Assembly: GCF_009914755.1 (NCBI RefSeq)
Contig: NC_060939.1
Reading direction: 5' to 3' (one strand)
DNA: 64,000 nt
Origin: the human T2T-CHM13v2.0 reference genome, Homo sapiens
The notes beneath the pieces were generated by a model that was given only the letters and a program-made list of their open reading frames with translations, searched no databases and was not told the DNA's origin. A program made the position numbers and the translations under genes. Below are positions 50,229 through 64,000 of the stretch, in pieces (within the stretch, counting starts at the first letter, position 1; every line of letters starts with the position of its first letter).

Positions 50229-50769
50229 TGAGGAACCTCCATACTGCTTTCCACAGTGGTTGCACCATTTTGCATTCCCATCAACAATGGGTAAGGGTTC
50301 TGACTTCTTCACATCCTTCCTGACACGTTATGTTTTCTTTTCTTTGATAATCACCATCCTGACTGGTACAAGGTGATGCCTTATTATGGTTTCAGTTTGT
50401 ATTTTCTTGCTAATAGTAACCTTGAGCATTTTTTCATATACCTGTTGGCCATGTGTATGTCTTCTTTAGAGAAATGTTTATTTAAGTTATTGGCCTATTT
50501 GTGATCAGGTTATTAGTTAAAAAAAAAAAACTATTGAGTCATAGGATTAACATATTTTGGAGGTTAACCCTTACCAGAAATGTGGTTTGCAAATATTTTC
50601 TCCTATTCCATAGGTTGCCTTTTCACTCTGTTGAGTGTTTTCTTTGCTATGCAGAAGCTTTTTAATTTGATGTATTGCCACTTGTTTATTTTTGTTATTA
50701 TTACCTGTATTTTTGGTGTCATATCTATGAAATTATTGTAAAGACCAATGTCATAAAGCAGCTTTTACC

Positions 50770-51097
<328 letters not shown>

Positions 51098-51431
51098 TCA
51101 TTTTGAGTTGATTTTTATGTATGGTATAAGATAAAGCTTCCATTTTATTCTTTTGCATGTGAATATTTGGTTTTCCCAATGTTGTTTGTTGAGAAGACTG
51201 TCCTTTCTCTGTTGTGTATTCTTGGTGTCCTTGTTCAATATTAGTTGACTATACATGCTTGGATTTATTTCTGGGCTCTCTGTTCTGTCTCTATGTCTGT
51301 CTTTATGCCAGTACTATGCTGTTTTGATTATTGTAGATTTGTAATATATTTTGAAATCAGTAAGTGTGATGCCTTCAGCTTTGCTCTTTTTTCTCAAGAT
51401 TAATTTGGGTATTCATGGTCTTTTGTGGTTC

Positions 51432-51602
51432 TTCATTGGTGAATTCTACCAAACACTTAATGAATTAATATTGGGGCTGGGCACAGTGGCTCATGCCTGT
51501 AGTCCTAGCAATTTGGGAGGCCATGGTGGGAGGATCACTTGAAGCCAGGAGTTTGATACCAGCCTAGACAATATAGCTTGACCCCATCTCTACAAAAGGG
51601 AC

Positions 51603-51640
<38 letters not shown>

Positions 51641-52586
51641 TTCTTTTCAACCTCTTCCAAAAATTTAAAGAGGAGAGAACATTTCTAAACTTATTTTATG
51701 AGACCAGCCTTACCCTGATAGCAAAGCCAGACAGAGCCACCACAAAAAAAAGAAAACTACAGGCCAATATCCCTGATGAATATAGGCAAAATACTAGGAA
51801 ACTGAACTCAATAAAAGGATCATACACCATGATCAAGTGGGATTTATCCTAGGGATCCAAGGATGGTTCAACATCTGAAAATAAATTAATGTGATATCAT
51901 GTTAACAGAATAAAGGATAAAAACCACACAGTTCTCAATAAAAGCAGAAAAAGTGTTTGACAAAATTGAATACCCTTTCATGATTAAAAAGAAACTCAAT
52001 AAAACTAAGAATAGAAGGCAATATCTCAATATAATAAAGACCATATATGATAAACCCAGAGCTAACATCATAGCATGGTATGATGAAAAACCAAAAGCTT
52101 TTCCTCTGAGATCAGGAGCAAAGCAAGGATGCCCACTTGTCTCTTTTGTAGTCAACACAGTACTGGAAGTATTAGCCAGAGCAGTTAAGAAAAAGAAGAG
52201 AGGTATTCAGATTGGAAAGGAAAATTGTTCCTCTTTGCAGATAATATGGTTTTATTTATAGAAAACCCTAAATTAGACTCCATTAAAAAACCGTTAGAAG
52301 TAATAAGCGAATTCTGGAAAGTTGTAGGATGCAAAGTCAACATGCAAAAATTATTTGCATTTTTGTACACTAACAACAAACCATGTGACAAGGTTATTAG
52401 GAAGACAGCCCAATTTATGATAGCACCAAAAGGAACAAAATACCTAATAATAAACTGAAGCAAGTGAGAAAGTTGTGTTTAATGAAAACCACTGAACGTT
52501 AATGAAAGAAATCAAACAAGGCACAAATAAATGGAAATACATCCTGTGTTCATGGATTGGAAAGTACATGTATTCTGTGCAATCCC
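51432..52586 (+). mobile_element. Inverted ORF2 (RT) segment of the same L1
   Basis: FIGEFYQT, KQGCPL, LFADNM peptides on the + strand. Confidence 0.85.
51474..51640 (+). mobile_element. Alu monomer followed by (GA)n
   Basis: Single Alu arm; GA run at 51603-51640. Confidence 0.8.
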
Positions 52587-53350
52587 TTTCTTTTAAGGCT
52601 TTTTATATGTTATTTAGCACAGTGATAACTAATGTACTATAAAATTTAAACTCTCTTTCAAAGTGTAATCAGTTTCCTCTCATTAACTTTTTATATATTA
52701 ATAGAATATATTGGGGGAAAAAGTAAACTTTTGAATTATAATTGCCTAACCTGTGGTTATACTGCATATAAATGCCTTATGACATCCAGGGCCTAGAGTG
52801 AAAAGCTCCTGGGTTTCCACAGTGGGAGGTATGATTCCGTTGTCATACTTCCTTATTTTCAGGTATCTGGGGGCCACCAGTTGCCATTACTGAAGTCAAG
52901 GGTTGGATAGGGAAGGGGAGATATAATAGGGAGACTATTTCCTGGCACTGCCTATTTTGTTTCTTAAAATAAGCTAAATAGCTGACACAAATACAAGAGC
53001 CCTGGAATTCCCCAAGCTTATGCAGTCCTTTGCCAAGTACATTTTTTCCCATAGAACCACATTATAAATGGGATTAAGCGCTCAAACTAGATTCTCCCTC
53101 TCTCCTCCCAAATCTGTGTGCTTCAAAAGTCCTTTAAAGCAAAACTGAAATTTCAGGAGACTGTTATAGAAAAGGAAATTGGTTATGAGACAAGATATAG
53201 CAAGTATTTAATAAATACTTGTGGAATAAATTATAAAATTATATATCTTAGAAATGGGGTTGGCTATAAGACAAAATAAAGAGTAGGGGGAAATAGGTAT
53301 TTTATGCATAAAGAATTAATTCTTGAATCTTTTAATTATCAATCTGTTAT

Positions 53351-53352
<2 letters not shown>

Positions 53353-53387
<35 letters not shown>

Positions 53388-53665
53388 CAGAGTCTCTCTC
53401 TGTTGTCCAGGCTGGAGTGCAGTGTTGCAATCTTTTGGCTCACTGCAACCTCCACTTCTCGGGTTCAAGCGATTCTTGTGCCTCAACTTCCTAAGTAGCT
53501 AGGACAACTGGTGCATGCCACCACATCCAGCTAATTTTTGTATTTTTAGTAGCGATGACGTTTCACCTGTTGCCCAGGCTGGTCTCAAATTCCTGACCTC
53601 AAGTGATCCTCCCTCTTCTGCCTCCAAAAATTCTGGGATTACAGGCACAAGCCACCATGCCAGCC
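53353..53665 (-). mobile_element. Alu
   Basis: Long T-tail; TSD CTGTT(A/C)TGGT. Confidence 0.92.
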
Positions 53666-55147
53666 TGTTCTGGTACTAATCTGATTTCAGATTTCTGTAA
53701 TCATTTGCAGAGAGTAGTAGTTAAATGTTACTTTAATAAGTGATACTTTGATCTTTTAGGTAGAAAAATGAATAAACTTCAGGAAAATATCATGGGATAC
53801 TAAGAATTAGCAAAAATAGGTGAGATGGTGGGGAACAAACTTTCTTACAAGTTCCCATCAAAAAAAGCATTTCAGAATCTGTGGATTATTCTATTAAAAT
53901 ATTAATAAAATGTGTTATAACTCCAACACTAGATAACCAGAAATAATAAGGGGAAACAGTATTTACTAAATCTGGCTTTTAGAAAGCCATGTCAAGGTAA
54001 GGTTGCTAGTCTCTCAAAAAATAAAATAACAATAATCAGATAATTAAAGTTAATTATTTAAATAATTGTAAAAATTATTAATAATAGCTGAGAATGGTTA
54101 GAGAAATATAGCCAAGTCGTCAAGGTATAAATAATTGCAGTACAAAGTATGATAAATGAGTGTGCATATAATTGAGGCCTCTAAAGTATTAATAATAAGG
54201 GATACAAATAGGTTGAATGTTGAATTATTCACTTATGCCCAGGATAGTTTATACTTTATTATGTCTCACCTAGAATACTTCAGCGGCTCCCAACTCGAAG
54301 GACTCTCTGCCTCCAGCTTATGTTTTCTCTTCTGGTGAATTGCCCTCATTCTTCATCTGGCTAAATTCTGCATATTCACTGAGTTGCAAGTCAGCCGTCT
54401 TCTTCCTTCTCTTGGTTCTTTCTGCATACCATTTTTCTCCTTCTGTTCCACATATGTGCATGAGCTCTTGCACATGTAGTTAACTCTCCAGCATCTTTAG
54501 TCCTTTTAGGCGTTCATCACTATATGGGTCTTGGGGAGTTTTCACTGAAGAGTGAAAATAATGTGGTTTGAACTTTATTCTCAACCTTGAGCCTTTCCAC
54601 CCCTTCCTTAGATGATAATCTTAATTCTTTTGACTTGGAATTGATACTTTTTTCTGCTTGCTGTCCAAATACTGTTCCTTTCCATGTCTGTTTTATTCTC
54701 TCTACTTTCAAACTTTGTACCTCTAATTTTGAGCTTCTTTCTGCTTTTTGGTTTAAACTCTTTATCTTTAATGTGCATAGAAAACATTTCTTGAGGTATT
54801 CACTGTTACTGGAAGTGTTAATGCAGTGGCTGGATGACTCACTGTCACAGATGCTATTAAAAAGATACCACTGTTGGATGGTAAGTGCAATGGTTTGAAT
54901 ATGTTTGTCAAAACCCGTATTTAAATTTAATTGTCATTGTGATGGTATTCAGAGATTGGACTGTAAAAAGCTGATCAGGCCATGAGGAATCTGCCTTCAT
55001 GAATTGATTAATGTCATTATCATGAGAGTGGGTTGTTACAAGAGTGAGTTTGGCCCTCTCTTGCTCTCATACTCTCTTGCCCTTCTGTCTTCTTCATGAT
55101 GTAGCATGAAGGCCCTTGCCAAATGCTGATGCCATGCTCTTAGATAG

Positions 55148-55468
<321 letters not shown>

Positions 55469-57391
55469 TAAATTTCTGTTCATTATAAATTACCTGTTCT
55501 GTGGTATTCTGTTATAGCAACATAAAATGGACTATGATAGAAAATTGGTCCTGAGAAGTGAAGCTGTTGCTATTAAAAATATCTGAAAATGTGGAAATGG
55601 CTTTGAAACTGGGTAATGAGTAGAGCAGAAGAATTTAAAGAAGCAGGCTAGGAAAATCTTAGATTGCCGTAAACATAATATTAAGGGCAGTTCTGATGAG
55701 GGCTGAGAAGAAGAGAGGAGAGCTATAGGGAAAATCTGAAAGTTAGAGATTATTAAGTGTTCATGATCAGAAAGTTGTTAGAAATATGGGCTTCACTGTC
55801 TCTTTATCTCTAAGTTACTTAAGTGTACTTAATCTCTAAGTTCATTAAATGTATGAGATCCCAGACAGGAAAGAGGAATATATCTTGTTGGAAACTGGAG
55901 TAAGGCCATCTTTCTTATAAAGTGGCAAAAATCTTGGATGATTTATGTCTCTTCATGCCTGAGGGCTTTATGGAAGACAGAATTTAAGAGCGATGAACTA
56001 GAATATCTGGTGGAAGAAATTTCTGTGCAAAATATTGAAGGAGCTGTATGGCTACTTTTAAGTGCATGCAGTAAGATATGAGAGGAAATAAATGACTTAA
56101 AGATGGAATTTATAATTAAACAGAAGCATGACAGACGGAAAATTTTCAGCCTGGCCATGTGAAGAATGAGAAAATGTATTTGGGAGACCAGGCCAAGGAT
56201 CTGGTCAAGTGACTGTCTGCTAAGGCGGTTATTACAGATAGAAATGATCATCAAGACATTGGGAGAGTGACACTAAAGGCATTTCAGAGATCTCAGAGGC
56301 TGCCCTTCTCTTCACAGGCTCGAGCTCTGGGAGTGCAGAATGTTTTCAGGGGATGACCAGCGTACCCTTCATGGGCTTGCTGCCCAGAGCTGCCTCAAGT
56401 CTCTGCTCCCTGTGTTCTGGTACAGCATTCTGTGGTTGCTCCAGCCATTCATTGGGCCCAGGTGTGGCTTGACCTGCTACTCCAGAAGATTCAAGCCATA
56501 AACCTTGGTGGCATATGTGGTGCTAATTCTGTAGGTGCACAGTGTGCAAGAGCCATGGGGTCATGGCGTCCTCCACCTAGATTTCAGAAGATGTCGTGGA
56601 CTCCCTGGGGCTTAGGCAGAGACTTTTCACGGGTGTGGAGCCATCACAGAAAGCCCCTACTAGGGCAATGCTGAGCAGAAATACAGGATCAGAGGCATCA
56701 CAGAGAGTCCCCACCAGGGCAGTGCCTAGTGGAGCCTTGGGAGTGGGGTCACTCCTGAGACCCCAGAACTGATGCTACTAGCTTGCAGCATCAGCCTGGG
56801 AAAGTTGCAGGCATGAGACTCCAATCCCCTGAGAGCTGCTGGGTGGACTGAGCCCCAAAGCCATAGGACTTTGTCATAGATGTGGGGCTGCCTAAGGCCT
56901 TGAGTGTCCAACTCCTGCCCCAGTGTTCCCAAAAGGTGGGACGTGGAGTCAAGATAGATAATTCTGGAGCATTAAGACTTAATGTTGATTTCTCTGTTGG
57001 GCTTTGGACTTATTTGAGACCACTTACCCCTTTCTTCTGGCCTATTCCTCCCTTTTGGAATGGGAATATCTACTTTATGCCTGCTCCACTATTGTATTTT
57101 GGAAGCACATAACTTGTTAATTTCACAGCCCCACAGCTGGAGATAAATTTGCTTTTAGTCTCACCCATATCTGATTTAGATGTCTCTGGATTTTGGAGTT
57201 AATGCTGGAATGAGTTAAGGCTTTTGAGACTTGTAATGGAATGAATATATTTTGCATCATAAGGACATGATTTTGTTGGGGCAGGAGCAGAATGCTATGG
57301 TGTGAATGTGTACTCCAAAGTTCATGTGTTGGAAACAATCCCCAGTGAAACAGTGTTGGGAGGTGAGACCTAATAAGAGGTGATTAGGTCA

Positions 57392-57765
<374 letters not shown>

Positions 57766-58009
57766 AAGCAAGTTCAGCCCTCTCTTGCTCTTGCACTATC
57801 TTCCCTTCTGCTTTCCTTTCACCATGGGATGATGCAGCATGAAGGCCCTCACCAGATGCCAGTGCCATGCTCTTGGACTTCTCAGTTTCTGGAACTATAA
57901 GCCAAGTAAATTTCTGTTCATTATAAATCACCTGTTATGTTGCATTGTCTTATAGCAACATAAAACGGACTATGATTAAGTTAGATGATTAAAAAACTTA
58001 AAATGAGGG

Positions 58010-59155
58010 GATATTCTAGTTGGAAAGGACCTTCAAAAGATTTAGATAAGTGGTTTCCAAACATGGTTATGAATCAGAATCACAAAGAGTTTTTTAAAAA
58101 TGAGACTTATTTTGAGCCCTACTCCTATTCCTTCTATATCTGAATCTCTGTAAGCTTGGCTGTATGTATAAAAAGGTCCTTGGGAGATTCAGTGAAGTAA
58201 GCTTGATCCTTGTTATCAGATCAGCATTTGGAAACTGTTGACGTAGTTTGAATTCTTCACTTTACAGATGAAGAAATGAAGATCTAGTTCACATACCTAG
58301 TTAACAGCAAAGCTATGTCCAGAACACAGTTCTCCTGATCATTAGCCCATCATTATTATTTTTTTACATTGATTCTTCTTCTGTATCATTTATTTAGGTA
58401 ACTAGCAAGCATTTATTTAGCATTCTTTGGAATAGGTGATATTTCCTTTGGAGGAGGCCATATACTATAATAGTTGAGAGTACAGCTCTGGTGCTAGAAT
58501 ATCTGAGTTCATGTCTGGCTTTGTCATTTTCTAATTTTTGTAATTTGGGACAAACTCTTTACCACAGTTTCCTCATTTGTAAAATGAGAATAGTAATTAC
58601 AGAAGTTGACATAATATTTTCTAAGATACTTTTTATGATTTAAAAAGGTCCTTTTCTATAATCTAGACTGTTCAAAATTTGTCAGTTAAGATTAGGCTTG
58701 CTGAATTAGCCAATTAAAAAATAAAGAAACAAAGTGGGACCTCATACAAGATAGACGGTTATTGCTTTCTCCTATTAAAGGAATCCAGAAGTAGGCAATG
58801 TAGGGTTGATGATGGCTTCATGATTATTAAAAAACCCAAGTTTCACCTTTCTTGCTGTTCTGGCATCTTTGGTGTTCCACTTTATGATCCAAGATGGCTG
58901 CTTATGCCCCAGCAATCATGTTGCAGTCTAGCCAGCAGGGAAGAGAAAGGGGGAGAAGAAAGATTGTCTTTTATTCCAAGAGGACTCCTTCCAGAAGTTG
59001 CAAACAAAATATGTGTATAATTTCATAGGCTAGACCTCAGTCATATGACAAAGGTGTTTGTAAATGTCTCTGGGTGGTCATGATCTAGATAAGAATTGAG
59101 GGGTTTATTACATAGAAAGAAAGGGAGAGTGGATATTGGCATCTGTCCTACCACA
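58010..59155. mobile_element. Cluster of ancient MIR, MER5 and MLT1 remnants
   Basis: TTTACAGATGAAGAAATGAAG and CAGTTTCCTCATTTGTAAAATG (MIR); GTGGTTTCCAAAC...AATCAGAATCAC (MER5); GATCCAAGATGGCTGC (MLT1). Confidence 0.55.
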
Positions 59156-59679
59156 GTAACAACATGAATTTTCTTGGCTCTTATTGAATTAATTAGGTTA
59201 TACAGATTAAAAGGAATCAGAATCTGTGTTAACCTTAGGGAGATTTTACGTTGAGGACTCTATCAATCCATTTGGTACGAGAATGTACCCAGGAGCAGTT
59301 TGTTCAGCAAAACATGGTCACCTCTTCATTATAACTCATTAAACATTTTTGCATGGGAGCAGCGACTTTTCAGTAGACTTGGTTTATCAGTTATCTTTCC
59401 TAATTGAGTTTTTTTTTAGCTTCCAAGGGAGGTAAAAAGGTAAAAATAAAGGATAGTTGGTCTTTAATCACCTAGTAATATGAAGACTTACAGTAGACAT
59501 TTACCAAATGGTAGTTGATTTATTACTGTAAGTATTTGATTAGATCATCCTCAAAGTCCTTTAGAGTTTAAAAATGGCTATTAGTTCCGGGCTTGAATTA
59601 TTGTGGTAGTGAATGGTAACTTTGACAGTTTTTTGCTTTGTTTTAAATATGAACCTCTGTTATTATTTTAAAATTCTAG

Positions 59680-59803
59680 TTCTCAATTTTGAACCATATG
59701 GACTCTCCTTTTCTTCATCTGGCTTCACTGGACGACAGTCTCCTGCTGGCATTTCTCTTGGTTCAGATGTATCTGGGAATAGTGCTGAGACAGGACTGAA
59801 AGA
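59680..59803 (+). CDS. AP4E1: AP4E1 coding exon (exon 16; LNFEPYGLSF...ETGLK-E)
   Basis: tctag|TT acceptor, GA|gtaagt donor; 124 nt; ORF 59613-59807. Confidence 0.95.
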
Positions 59804-59966
59804 GTAAGTTCATTTCTTATTAAAATTGAGGTTATGGGAGTGCTTAAATGTCTTTTAGCGTTCCATTTGCCTTCTGCTCCTGCCTCATATCATCATGGTC
59901 ATTATTTGCTTATTTTAGGATAACTTTCAAGAGGTCTATTGTTTCAGTGGTTTTCACATAATTTTC

Positions 59967-63381
<3,415 letters not shown>

Positions 63382-63818
63382 GGTTTTCACATAATTTTCA
63401 AAGGGAGAGACACACTTGTGACAATGTGTTTTAATATAATGGTTTAGAAAGGTTTTTAAAAGCTAAATTGTATGGGCTGTTGTTTCAGTGGTTTCTATTT
63501 ATTGCTCTTAAGGTATTTATATTGTACAGTATGTTCTTTAAGAGCTTATCTACCTTCCAAGACAGCATAAAATATGTACAAGCTTTATACGTAGTAATAA
63601 TATGTGTTATTGCTACATATTATATATATATATTTAGAAGCATATTAGAATTTATACATCCAGGCTGATGTTTAACATATCATTCTACATTCCTCATTCT
63701 TCTGATAAATATATCTTGTAACCGTCTCATTGGAACATTGATAGATATAGAGGTGAACATAAAATAAGGTGATTGATTTCACCTGAGGAAGCCATATAGT
63801 TGGTCACCCAGTGAAGGC

Positions 63819-63889
63819 CAGATGCCCCTAAACTTATGATGGGGTTACATTCTGATAAACCCATTATAAATTGAAAATATCGTAAGTCA
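63819..63889 (+). mobile_element. MER47/Tigger5 terminal fragment within a MIR
   Basis: CAGATGCCCCTAAACTTATGATGGGGTTACATTCTGATAAACCC. Confidence 0.7.
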
Positions 63890-64000
63890 GAAGTGATCTA
63901 CCAAACAGCAGATGTATGTCTAGAACTCAGTTCTGCTGATCATTGGCCCATTATTGTTTATTATTTTATTTTATTGTTATTATTTTTTTGAGACACAATT

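Overview
Primate, almost certainly human, genomic DNA from the middle of AP4E1 (AP-4 complex epsilon-1 adaptin) on the + strand. Twelve coding exons (5-16 by my recall of the reference numbering, c.421-c.2090, D141-E697) splice into one continuous 1670-nt open frame. Intron 11 (23792-25460) is a U12-type AT-AC minor-spliceosome intron. Intron 10 holds a full-length, sense-oriented processed DCAF13 pseudogene. The rest is mostly Alu, L1, LTR (MaLR/ERV1), L2/MIR and DNA-transposon remnants, and most ORFs in the supplied track are Alu/L1 artefacts. The structural signals the repeat list does not explain are: (1) a ~5.0-kb intronic inversion (34597-39600) that split an Alu and its host L1, with inverted microhomology at the breakpoints; (2) an L1 3' transduction with a 24-bp TSD (26088-26687); (3) a twin-priming-type inversion in an old L1MA; (4) a ~65-bp locally templated duplication bracketing exon 8; (5) an L1PA insertion with no tail and no TSD. 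I found no new protein-coding system. Repeat subfamily names come from memory of consensus sequences and repeat ends are approximate.
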